DNA from: Patescibacteria group bacterium
Lineage (GTDB): Bacteria; Patescibacteriota; Minisyncoccia; Phycocordibacterales; JAKAEA01
Direction: 5' to 3'
DNA: 38,456 nt
Assembly: GCA_040387855.1 (NCBI GenBank)
Contig: JAZKCY010000001.1
Span: 592,337 to 630,792 of the forward strand
A program made the translations under genes and the position numbers. The notes beneath the pieces are model-generated. The model searched no databases, had not been told where the DNA came from, and was given only the letters and a program-made list of their open reading frames with translations. This document shows positions 25,075 to 33,248 of this stretch, piece after piece (the first letter of the stretch is position 1; every line of letters starts with the position of its first letter).

Positions 25075-25827
25075 ATGAATGAAGAAACCCAGAAGACGAC
25101 AGTAAATCTTCCTCCAAAGGAGCTCAACATTGAACCAATTACGCTTCATGAGGTTGATGAAGAAATAACCAAGCGTATTTCTCGTATTGAACAAGAATTT
25201 AAGCGAGGCTTTGATTTTATTAAAACTCAACCAAAAACTGTAACCTTTTTCGGATCAGCACGATTTCCTGAAGATAATGAACACTATCAGCGTGCACGCC
25301 GAATTGCCTATAAATTGGCAAAAGAAGGATACTCAATAGTGACTGGTGGAGGTCCTGGAATTATGGAAGCTGCTAATCGAGGGGCATTTGAAGCAGAAGG
25401 ACCATCACTTGGACTTACTATCAAGCTTCCCAATGAACAAGTTCGCAATCCTTATCTTACTGATACTGTAGAGTTTTACTATTTCTTCACTCGAAAAGTA
25501 GCTATGACATTTTCTGCAGAGGCTTATCTTATGTTCCCTGGCGGATTTGGAACTTTTGATGAAACTTTCGAAATCCTAACACTGGTTCAAACAAATAAGA
25601 TCGAAAAACTTCCTATTATTTTAGTTGGAGAGAGTTTTTGGAATCCAGTAATAAATGCAATGAAACAAGTTATGCTTGATGAAAATCAGGCCATAGATCA
25701 AGCAGATCTAAGTCTCTTTACTATTACTGATGATGAAGATCGAATAGTTGAAATTGTAAAAGCTGCTCCAATTCGAACGGGAGTACGAGCTAAACCTTTA
25801 GATGCTGATGGAAGAGCTCAGACATAA
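25075..25827 (+). CDS. LOG family protein (TIGR00730-type nucleotide 5'-monophosphate nucleosidase)
   Basis: It has the GGGPGIMEAANRGA and PGGFGTFDE motifs. I prefer the start at the second ATG (25075). The track start 25045 is only 9 nt from the divergent FKBP start. Confidence 0.85.
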   Translation: MNEETQKTTVNLPPKELNIEPITLHEVDEEITKRISRIEQEFKRGFDFIKTQPKTVTFFGSARFPEDNEHYQRARRIAYKLAKEGYSIVTGGGPGIMEAANRGAFEAEGPSLGLTIKLPNEQVRNPYLTDTVEFYYFFTRKVAMTFSAEAYLMFPGGFGTFDETFEILTLVQTNKIEKLPIILVGESFWNPVINAMKQVMLDENQAIDQADLSLFTITDDEDRIVEIVKAAPIRTGVRAKPLDADGRAQT

Positions 25828-26161
25828 AAAATGTGTACCTTGTGAAAAAGGAGGGAAAGCACTGGAACCAGATGCTATTCACGAGCTACATCATAGAGTA
25901 AAAGGTTGGGATGTTGTAGATCATAAAGAAATAAAGAAAACCTTAAGCTTTATTGATTTTAAACATGCTATTAGTTTTGTGCAGGAAGTTGCTGATCTCG
26001 CTGAATATGAAGGACACCATCCTGATTTAAATATTTTTGGTTGGAATAAACTTACTATTACTTTGAGTACTCATTCAGTAAAAGGCCTTACTGAGAATGA
26101 TTTTATAATGGCTGCAAAAATTGATCAGCTTCTCGCTGAATCTGAGGAAATTGAGCAATAA
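25802..26161 (+). CDS. pterin-4-alpha-carbinolamine dehydratase (PCD/DCoH)
   Basis: 119 aa with the motifs W........L.R.F.F..F and EGHHPDL. Confidence 0.8.
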   Translation: MLMEELRHKKCVPCEKGGKALEPDAIHELHHRVKGWDVVDHKEIKKTLSFIDFKHAISFVQEVADLAEYEGHHPDLNIFGWNKLTITLSTHSVKGLTENDFIMAAKIDQLLAESEEIEQ

Positions 26162-26191
26162 AAAAAGCATCTCCCTTCCAGGATGATGCTT
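26160..26191 (-). terminator. intrinsic terminator of the kinase-like gene
   Basis: Minus strand AAGCATC-atcctggaaggga-GATGCTT followed by TTTTTT. Confidence 0.5.
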
Positions 26192-26213
26192 GTTATGTAC
26201 GTGAACAGAAGCT

Positions 26214-26822
26214 TTATGCTGCCACCACTTTCAGCTGCTTGAGCCACTCGTAGATCTCCTTAAAGATCGTATCGAGTGGCCGTTCACCGCCTATGGTGAT
26301 GAAGTTGAGCTCATGAGCATCATGTGCTCTTTCAAGCTCTGCACGGAGCGGCGGGAAGTCCCGCTCAAATTCCTCGATCCGCCGATCGATTACATCTATG
26401 GTCTCGCCCTTACGCCGACGGCTCTCCATTCGAGCCTTAGCAGCGCTAGCCGAAACCTCGATGTTGAAGACGATGATGTTTCCATCGTTACGCTCATCAG
26501 TCCAGCGCCTCAGGTGCTGATACTGATTGATGTTACGCGGAACTCCATCGTCAACACGGTTCCCCGGAGGGATCCTATCGAGTGCAGGTCGGTAGATCCT
26601 TGGCAGCAGGATCTGATCTGGAACGAGAAGACCCTGCGACGAGTATCCGTGCACGAGCTGCCCAAGTTCAGTGCTTGGTGAGATGTTGCGACACTCATCC
26701 CCCACATTGATCGAGGGCCAGTCCAACGCTTCCAAGATCTTCGAACCCTGGGTACCTTTGCCACAGCCCGGATAACCTACAAGTAGGATAACCGTGCCAT
26801 TAGCCGATTCAGCATTTCTCAA
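26214..26822 (-). CDS. adenylate kinase-family P-loop nucleoside-monophosphate kinase (high-GC cassette), TTG start
   Basis: It has the GYPGCGKGTQ Walker A, GLLVPD and DDGVPRN (compare DGFPR). The start codon is TTG with GGAGG 6 nt upstream. There is no in-frame ATG before the P-loop. Confidence 0.7.
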   Translation of the reverse strand: MRNAESANGTVILLVGYPGCGKGTQGSKILEALDWPSINVGDECRNISPSTELGQLVHGYSSQGLLVPDQILLPRIYRPALDRIPPGNRVDDGVPRNINQYQHLRRWTDERNDGNIIVFNIEVSASAAKARMESRRRKGETIDVIDRRIEEFERDFPPLRAELERAHDAHELNFITIGGERPLDTIFKEIYEWLKQLKVVAA

Positions 26823-26866
26823 AAGTCACCTCCACGAGTTAATTCAGGTGTACGACGCCAGACGAA

Positions 26867-26895
26867 ATACTACTGATTTATTAAAAATGTGTCAA
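26867..26895 (-). promoter_or_regulatory. sigma70-like promoter
   Basis: Minus strand TTGACA-17 nt-TAGTAT, ending 7 nt from the CapA stop. Confidence 0.45.
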
Positions 26896-26901
26896 CAATG
26901 C

Positions 26902-27945
26902 CTATTTTAGCAACCCTGACACTATTTGGTCTTTAAGAGATGCTGACGACCGCTTAGCAAGTGCTTCTAAGAAGGGCTTTTTATTAGTGTCATCCATTAC
27001 TCCCTGCACACTGCGTTTGCTCTGAAGCGGGATTAAATCAAAACTGAGATTTGGTGTAGTGCCCGGAGTTACATTCATTTTTACAGCCAAACCTTGCTCA
27101 ACATCTTTTGAAAAATACTGATCAAATATAAAATTACCTAGAGAATAAAAGATAAGCTTGCCTTTATAACTTTCTATTTCTTGCACAACATGAGGATGAT
27201 GGGCAATAACACTAGTAACACCAGCATCTATAAGACTTCTATAAAAATTTTGTTGTGAAGTATTGGAGACAAGTTTATATTCTTCGCCACCATGAATCAT
27301 AGCAACAACTATATCTTGAGGATTTTTTGAAAAGTTTTGAGTAAATGCGGTAGCTTGAGCGTAATCAAAACTTGGATTTGTCATATTAAAGCCAATGAAT
27401 ACAAATGGCTGATTTTTTATTTTTGTACGAACGACATAATTTTCACTAATAGTTCGTGGATGGCCTACAGAAATAATTCCTGCTTTTTCCAAATAACTTC
27501 GAGTTTCATTATATCCTTCAATACCTTGATCATAGGTATGATTATTGGCAAGAGATACGATACTAATATTATGTTTTGCCAAAAGTGCTGGCATTCTTTT
27601 TTCAAACGTAAATCCAAAACCATTTGATGGAGTGCGTACATGATTTGTAACAACGGGTCCCTCAAGATTTGCCACTACAGTATCTACACTTTGCAATAAT
27701 CCTGAAATATTTGTAAATGGATACTCATCTCCATTTGTATCCATCAAAAGTTCTACATGTCGACCAACCATTACATCTCCTACAAAGAGTACAGAAAATG
27801 ACTGAGGTGTAGTACTACTTGCTATAGGTGCAGAAGTACCTGATTCCAAACTAGCAACAAATGTACTAGGTGTACGATACATATATGCCAAAAAACATAT
27901 CCACAACGTGGCTATACCAAAAAGTATTGAAAATAATAGTTTCAT
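26902..27945 (-). CDS. CapA/PGA_cap family metallophosphatase-like protein
   Basis: It has the GDVMVGRHV, ANLEGPV and SLANNHTYDQG motifs and an N-terminal TM segment. I prefer the start at MKLLFS (27945), which avoids overlap with the ArsR gene. Confidence 0.8.
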   Translation of the reverse strand: MKLLFSILFGIATLWICFLAYMYRTPSTFVASLESGTSAPIASSTTPQSFSVLFVGDVMVGRHVELLMDTNGDEYPFTNISGLLQSVDTVVANLEGPVVTNHVRTPSNGFGFTFEKRMPALLAKHNISIVSLANNHTYDQGIEGYNETRSYLEKAGIISVGHPRTISENYVVRTKIKNQPFVFIGFNMTNPSFDYAQATAFTQNFSKNPQDIVVAMIHGGEEYKLVSNTSQQNFYRSLIDAGVTSVIAHHPHVVQEIESYKGKLIFYSLGNFIFDQYFSKDVEQGLAVKMNVTPGTTPNLSFDLIPLQSKRSVQGVMDDTNKKPFLEALAKRSSASLKDQIVSGLLK

Positions 27946-27959
27946 CTCAATTCTTGATT

Positions 27960-28250
27960 TTAGGCATTTTTGCACTTCTGCACGTCGTCAGTAAGCACTT
28001 TGAGCACGGTGAGCATTTGTCTTGTATCGAGAGTGTAATACACTTCCTGACCCTTTTTTGAGCTTTCCACGAGGCCGCAGGTGCGAAGTGTAGCAAGATG
28101 CTGTGATACAGCTGGCTGAGTGAGTTTAATATTTATCACAAGCTCACTTACCGTCTTTGGTCCTGTCATAAGAAGCTCCAAAATTCTATATCGTGATGGG
28201 CTAGAAATTCCCTTTCCGAGCTTTTGAATTTTTTTGCAGAAATCCGTCAT
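27960..28250 (-). CDS. ArsR/SmtB family transcriptional regulator
   Basis: 96 aa, winged HTH: SSPSRYRILELLMTGPKTVSELVINIKLTQPAVSQHLATLRTCGLV. TAATAT lies 6 nt upstream of the ATG. Confidence 0.85.
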   Translation of the reverse strand: MTDFCKKIQKLGKGISSPSRYRILELLMTGPKTVSELVINIKLTQPAVSQHLATLRTCGLVESSKKGQEVYYTLDTRQMLTVLKVLTDDVQKCKNA

Positions 28251-28285
28251 AGCTCAATATTAGCATGTACTTATATAATATCAAT

Positions 28286-28313
28286 AAACCCCGTACCTTT
28301 CGGTACAGGGTTT
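28286..28313 (-). terminator. intrinsic terminator
   Basis: AAACCCCGTACC-tttc-GGTACAGGGTTT (one bulge), followed by a T-rich tail on the minus strand. Confidence 0.6.
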
Positions 28314-28319
28314 ATATGA

Positions 28320-28562
28320 TTACTTAACGATACATTCTTTACAAAAACCGCACTCACACCCACATCCACCTTCACTCCATGTATCTTCACATTTTGCACA
28401 ACCTCGTCCATTGCATCGGCATGTCTTTCGGAGAACAATTGAAATACCTAAAAGCAAAACGATAATTGGCCACAAAATACTCCACTGAGTCATGTCGATA
28501 ATCCCCAGATTTTTTAGGAGAAACATCGCACCGATAAGAATTACAATAAGACCTGCTCGCAT
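28320..28562 (-). CDS. 2-TM membrane protein with a Cys-rich C-terminal tail
   Basis: 80 aa. The tail CRCNGRGCAKCEDTWSEGGCGCECGFCKEC carries 10 Cys in 30 residues. It sits directly upstream of the ArsR gene on the same strand. Confidence 0.6.
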   Translation of the reverse strand: MRAGLIVILIGAMFLLKNLGIIDMTQWSILWPIIVLLLGISIVLRKTCRCNGRGCAKCEDTWSEGGCGCECGFCKECIVK

Positions 28563-28642
28563 TGAATTAAGATGCTATTAATAATATATACATATAGTAT
28601 AACGTATATACATTATTATTGCTGTGCCCCCTGTGGAGAACT

Positions 28643-28840
28643 TTATGAAAGCCTAGGACCAACAAGCATCAACATCTTTCGGATCGATTCATCCATAACA
28701 TCTAAAATTTCTTTTTGCTTTCTATTGAGAGGTCCAATTTTTTCTTGTTCCAATAATTCCAAGCCAAGTTTAAAGGCCGCTAAAGGTGAGCGGATTTCCT
28801 GTAAGAAATCATCTGGAATTTCTGGATACTTAAACATCAT
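28643..28840 (-). CDS. HisKA (DHp)-like remnant without catalytic domain and without the phospho-acceptor His
   Basis: 65 aa. It reads FLQEIRSPLAAFKLGLELL where a kinase H-box would read SHELRTPL, so His is replaced by Gln. No HATPase_c follows. Its start overlaps the stop of the upstream OmpR gene in an ATGA overlap. Confidence 0.5.
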   Translation of the reverse strand: MMFKYPEIPDDFLQEIRSPLAAFKLGLELLEQEKIGPLNRKQKEILDVMDESIRKMLMLVGPRLS

Positions 28841-29514
28841 TATTGTGAAAATTTATAACCAATACCTCTGACGGTTTCAATGCAGTTTTCTTTTTTGCCC
28901 TTATTAAGTTTCTTTCTAAGGTTATTGATGTGTACGTCCATAATATTGCTGAGTGAGCTAAAATTATAGTCCCACACATGATCAAGCACTTCATCTCGTG
29001 TAACTACTTGATTTGGATGTCGCAAAAAATATTCCAAAATATTAAACTCTTTAAGTGTAAGAGGGATTTCTTTTCCTTCGCGAAATACCTTTCGAGTTGA
29101 AGGATTCATAGTAATATCTCCATATGCAATTTCTGTAGGTAGAGATTCTTTTGGGCGACGTAGTAGGGCTCGTACACGAGCTAATAGTTCTTCTAATGAA
29201 AATGGTTTTGTAAGGTAATCATCCGCTCCAGAATCCAGTGCATTTACTTTATCACTGGTTTCATCCCGTCCTGTAAGCATCAATATTGGAGTAGTAATTT
29301 TGTGTTCTCGTACACTTACACAGATTTCCACACCCGATTTACCAGGTAGCATCCAGTCCAATATCAAGAGATCATAGTCCATAGAATTTAAGAGTACATG
29401 CTTCTCTCCCGCATTTCCTTCAGAGAAAGCAGTTACAGCATATCCAGACGCCCCCAAACTCGCTTTAAGCGAGGTATTAAGCGAAATATCATCTTCTATA
29501 AGTAAAATCTTCAT
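28840..29514 (-). CDS. OmpR-family response regulator (receiver + winged-helix)
   Basis: 224 aa. It has KILLIEDD, LLILDWMLPG and KPF, plus the C-terminal LT.KEF.ILEYF....V.TR..L motif. Confidence 0.9.
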   Translation of the reverse strand: MKILLIEDDISLNTSLKASLGASGYAVTAFSEGNAGEKHVLLNSMDYDLLILDWMLPGKSGVEICVSVREHKITTPILMLTGRDETSDKVNALDSGADDYLTKPFSLEELLARVRALLRRPKESLPTEIAYGDITMNPSTRKVFREGKEIPLTLKEFNILEYFLRHPNQVVTRDEVLDHVWDYNFSSLSNIMDVHINNLRKKLNKGKKENCIETVRGIGYKFSQ

Positions 29515-29599
29515 ATTTGTTATGTATTGACGAGCTTATATGCCTTTCCTTACGAGATTGCTCTTACTAGTGTATCTGAATCCCCTAATGAAAGTAAAG

Positions 29600-29854
29600 C
29601 TAAAGCTTATTCTGGATTCTGAGAAAATACTTGAGACCAAATAAAATAATAAAAGAATAGACTTGAGAGAATACATAAAACACTAGTAGGGCGACCAAAA
29701 AAGAAAGCCCAAGATTAGTTTGCTGCTCAGCTAGCTTAAAGAAAGTAATTACTGCGACTATACACGAAATAGCCATAGAGCTTAAGCCAATGACGAATGC
29801 AAAGCTTGAAGATAGATCGAGCTTTTTGAGCTTTTTGCTAAACTTACTTTCCAT
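29600..29854 (-). CDS. small membrane protein, hypothetical
   Basis: 84 aa, 2 TM segments. It overlaps the upstream SdpI-like gene by 11 nt. Confidence 0.4.
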   Translation of the reverse strand: MESKFSKKLKKLDLSSSFAFVIGLSSMAISCIVAVITFFKLAEQQTNLGLSFLVALLVFYVFSQVYSFIILFGLKYFLRIQNKL

Positions 29855-30479
29855 AAATTATATATGAATAGATATTTGGGATAATAATTATTCCAGCGAT
29901 AATTGCAATAAAAAGTGGGGTTATATACTGGTTTGGAATAAAGGCCATACCAATGAATAAGACCCCAGCAATTACAAAAAGCTTACCCGAAAATGCATGG
30001 GTTTTGTCCCAAACTTTAGCATGAGAGAGTGTCCAAGGATTGCGCACTCCCACAAACCAATTATTTTTAATTTTTCCAAAATAACTTCCTAATGTTATAA
30101 ACAATGCCCCTACCATGATTGGGACAACGATATGTATTGGGATAGTGTAACCTAAACCATAAAAGCCTACTAAAAGATGCATGATTGTAAGGAAAACAAT
30201 CACTGATACAACTATAAGATTGTATGTCTCTTTAAAAGCTGCGTACATATCTTTTCGTGGATCAATTTTTGGAAGGAGTTTAAAAACCACATACAACATC
30301 AAGCTCAATATTGGCAAAAAATATGCAGCAGCAAACGGCGTACTATATCCATCTGCTTCCCCAACCAAATTCCAATGTGTAACTACTTGTTCTGGAAACC
30401 GTGGATAGAAATACGAACCCGCTATAAATGATAGTACTAAAAGTGCAAATGTAATACTTCGAGATAATGATGTTTTCAT
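29844..30479 (-). CDS. SdpI/YhfL-like membrane protein (DUF1648 + SdpI)
   Basis: 211 aa, multi-TM. PEQVVTHWNLVGEADGY matches the DUF1648 motif. Confidence 0.6.
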   Translation of the reverse strand: MKTSLSRSITFALLVLSFIAGSYFYPRFPEQVVTHWNLVGEADGYSTPFAAAYFLPILSLMLYVVFKLLPKIDPRKDMYAAFKETYNLIVVSVIVFLTIMHLLVGFYGLGYTIPIHIVVPIMVGALFITLGSYFGKIKNNWFVGVRNPWTLSHAKVWDKTHAFSGKLFVIAGVLFIGMAFIPNQYITPLFIAIIAGIIIIPNIYSYIIYGK

Positions 30480-30483
30480 ATAT

Positions 30484-30509
30484 AAAGAGATCCCTTTTAG
30501 GATCTCTTT
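30484..30509 (-). terminator. intrinsic terminator
   Basis: Perfect 10-bp stem AAAGAGATCC-ctttta-GGATCTCTTT. Confidence 0.55.
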
Positions 30510-30518
30510 ATTATACTC

Positions 30519-31100
30519 TTACAATTTTAGATTTGAAAGAATAGTTTCAAAATCTTTTTTAATAGTATCTTCAGGAGTTAGATACGTTACCGATGCCATT
30601 ATAATATTTGTAGCATGAGCAAACACATAACTGTCGCCTTGATACAATCCATCCCATGTATATGTGATAGCTTCTTTTCCGGCTACTGTTGTTGAAGCAT
30701 ATTTTCCTTCTACAACTGACTGCTTAAAATTTGATTCACTATAATTTTTTACCCATGAAGCAATAGTTTGTTTATCAAGATTGTTTTGATAAATATCAAA
30801 ATTAATAGATGTAGGTCCCTCAGAATTTTCTCGAACAGTTGTATCGCTCACCAGCGTAATGCGAAGATGCTTACGTTCTGCATTCCCCAATTCTTTTTGA
30901 GTAAGGGTATATGTACTTGGATAAACAAATCCAATACTATGCTCAATGTTTTGATATGACTTTAGAGTTTGTGGTGTACTTGTAGAAGTTTGCACTATTG
31001 GTGGCACGACTACTTCATCCCGTGTATCTGGCCATGCAAAAATAATAACTGCAGAAATAAGAATAATACTACTTACTATATAAGCTGTTTTTTTATCCAT
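30519..31100 (-). CDS. signal-anchored extracytoplasmic hypothetical protein
   Basis: 193 aa with an N-terminal TM segment. No recognised domain. Confidence 0.5.
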   Translation of the reverse strand: MDKKTAYIVSSIILISAVIIFAWPDTRDEVVVPPIVQTSTSTPQTLKSYQNIEHSIGFVYPSTYTLTQKELGNAERKHLRITLVSDTTVRENSEGPTSINFDIYQNNLDKQTIASWVKNYSESNFKQSVVEGKYASTTVAGKEAITYTWDGLYQGDSYVFAHATNIIMASVTYLTPEDTIKKDFETILSNLKL

Positions 31101-31124
31101 AGTATCTATACTACGACAAAATTC

Positions 31125-32078
31125 TTATTTTGTAACAGCTGAGGTAGCGGCCTCTGCCATATGATCTTCCCTTTCACTTTCAGGCGGCTTTTTGGCTTTA
31201 GTTTTTTTTAATCGCAACCTTGGAATTTTCAGACTGAAATGTGACGGTATATGTCTAATCTCTGGTTTAAATTCAAAGCCAGCTTTTTTATCATAAATAT
31301 CAAGCACAGACTGAAATAATCTAAAGTTATTGTCAGATATTTCTTCATTCCATACTTTCATTTCAAATCCTGATTTGTGTTTTGTACCCAATCGCACTAT
31401 CCCTGTCCACAATGACCCGAATTCAGGAACTGGCTGGTTCTTAAAAATTGTTTCAAGCGCAGCCTCTCGATATGCGGCTACCTGCAATTCGTAATCATCC
31501 CATATGCCACCCGATGTTTTCCAATCTAATAAGACTAGAATTCTCTTGCCCCAACTTGATTTACCAAAGCATTTATCATTTTCCGGAACTAAGATTGATC
31601 CAATGAAGTCTACTGTACCGGCATACAAATGTGTGGGTGACCATACAGCATGTTCTGATATGAGTACCTGAGGTTGGTATACCGCACACCATTTTGCAAA
31701 AGCTTCAAGATTGTCCCATTCATCTGGAGATAAAGGTTCATAACGGGATGTAAGCTCATGATAAAATCTCGTTTTAACATCTACAAGCTTACCTTCAAGT
31801 AAATTTCTAATTGCTTCATGCGTACGAGAACCTTCTTCCCCCGCTGATCTTAATTTACGCTCTGCGGCATCAGGTTGAGTGCTCAGCAAATACGAATAGA
31901 AGCGTTCTCCTTTTGGATAGCCAGTTTTAATAATATGATTTACTGCCGGCACAAACATCTTCTTAGATTTTATCCAATAGTGTGTCCAATCCCCTTCGCG
32001 GTCCACAAAACGCATGATATTTCTATCTGTTGTGGGTTGATAGGTATGACTTGGAATTGTCGTAAGACGTTTTGGCAT
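31125..32078 (-). CDS. PD-(D/E)XK (RecB-like) nuclease family protein
   Basis: Motifs GTVDFIG (D), LLDWKTS (D-x-K) and QVAAYREA (QxxxY) occur in the canonical order. No Cas4-type Cys cluster. Confidence 0.6.
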   Translation of the reverse strand: MPKRLTTIPSHTYQPTTDRNIMRFVDREGDWTHYWIKSKKMFVPAVNHIIKTGYPKGERFYSYLLSTQPDAAERKLRSAGEEGSRTHEAIRNLLEGKLVDVKTRFYHELTSRYEPLSPDEWDNLEAFAKWCAVYQPQVLISEHAVWSPTHLYAGTVDFIGSILVPENDKCFGKSSWGKRILVLLDWKTSGGIWDDYELQVAAYREAALETIFKNQPVPEFGSLWTGIVRLGTKHKSGFEMKVWNEEISDNNFRLFQSVLDIYDKKAGFEFKPEIRHIPSHFSLKIPRLRLKKTKAKKPPESEREDHMAEAATSAVTK

Positions 32079-32083
32079 AGGTA

Positions 32084-32629
32084 TTAAGCAAACTTTGCTC
32101 TCCTTGCTTTATATGAGTTATCAAGAATTTTTTTTGCTTCACCTTGAGGTTCGGTTAGATTATTTAGTTCTGCTTGATCTTGTATTTTTTGTAGGAAAAA
32201 TTCTGGATGTTCGTGATAATAATTTCCTGCAAATATATATGAGACTTTTGATCTGAGTTCAGTTGGCAATGCATCTAGAATATAGTTCTTCATATGATCA
32301 GGCGTAAACAGATACAGTGTATCAATATTTTTCTTATGCATGTGCATATACATCTTAAGATGATGTTTAAGCGCAGTAATAAAATCACGAATAACTACTC
32401 TATCTAAGTCGGTAAGTGAACTTCCTGATTGAATCATTCCGTTTCTACTTGTTGAAGCATAACTTCCTTCTCTATCAGAATACTTTGGATGCGGAATAGA
32501 AATATCATCGACTAATTCTATAGTCGCATCATATACATGGTAAAATTTTGCATCCTGCTTACCCGTAACCAGAAATAGAGCTTCTTCAGATGTAAACTGT
32601 GGGTAGTCTTGAGATATAGTTGTTCGCAT
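32084..32629 (-). CDS. hypothetical protein (possibly host-attachment / baeRF-like; unverified)
   Basis: 181 aa. There is only a weak pattern resemblance, so the call needs an HMM search. Confidence 0.35.
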   Translation of the reverse strand: MRTTISQDYPQFTSEEALFLVTGKQDAKFYHVYDATIELVDDISIPHPKYSDREGSYASTSRNGMIQSGSSLTDLDRVVIRDFITALKHHLKMYMHMHKKNIDTLYLFTPDHMKNYILDALPTELRSKVSYIFAGNYYHEHPEFFLQKIQDQAELNNLTEPQGEAKKILDNSYKARRAKFA

Positions 32630-32691
32630 ATACGTAAATATATTAGCTACTACCTATCTAGTGACGCACCAGCATCTAAAAACTAACACTA

Positions 32692-33246
32692 TTAAAATTT
32701 TCTACTATCGTATGCCCAATGCAAGAGTGCTTGGCGTTGTTTTGTATTACAAAATACATCTCCCGGACGACATTTATTCTTAATTTGTGCTATATGTCGC
32801 TTCATTGCTTTCCATCTGCGTATTTGTCGAGCATCTTCTTTGTCCAATCTACGTCCGACATAGTAACGGCAATACCATTGAAACCAGCCTCGAGGATCAT
32901 CCACATAAATCCAGCCTTTCTTTTGCCATTCTTTCAGACTCTGACTTGCATCAACTTGAAAATAATTAATGCTGGGATTCTTTTGGCCGTACGAAAGCTT
33001 TGCATGAGCAAACCATGACTCAGGAAACTCATCTTTACAATCAGTAAGATATTTTCCACCAAATACACCAAGCTCAAGCATCTCTTTTGGAGTAAGATCA
33101 GGCTTAAATTCGGGATCAAAGTTTTTACCTACAGGTTCGGTACATTCATATGTATAGTCGAGTTGCATACTGTCGTGCACGTACACAAGTCTTTTTTTCA
33201 TGCTCAAAGCATACCATATGGCCATTCTTATGCTATAATCGCGCAC
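32692..33246 (-). CDS. conserved hypothetical protein (RGWFQWYCRYYVGRR / IRRWKA motif family)
   Basis: 184-aa ORF. The start may be the internal MKKRL at 33201, because 33246 lies 2 nt from the rsmG ATG. I recognise the motif family as a conserved DUF but cannot name it confidently. Confidence 0.5.
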   Translation of the reverse strand: MRDYSIRMAIWYALSMKKRLVYVHDSMQLDYTYECTEPVGKNFDPEFKPDLTPKEMLELGVFGGKYLTDCKDEFPESWFAHAKLSYGQKNPSINYFQVDASQSLKEWQKKGWIYVDDPRGWFQWYCRYYVGRRLDKEDARQIRRWKAMKRHIAQIKNKCRPGDVFCNTKQRQALLHWAYDSRKF

Positions 33247-33248
33247 AT

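Noticed and set aside
26313-26764. ORFs 26313-26681 (+) and 26510-26764 (-) inside the kinase-like gene
   Set aside because: They are shadow frames. Only the 26214-26822 frame carries the P-loop and NMP-kinase motifs.
28572-28871. 99-aa plus-strand ORF
   Set aside because: It is antisense to the DHp remnant and runs through an AT-rich intergenic region. The sequence is low-complexity with no signals.
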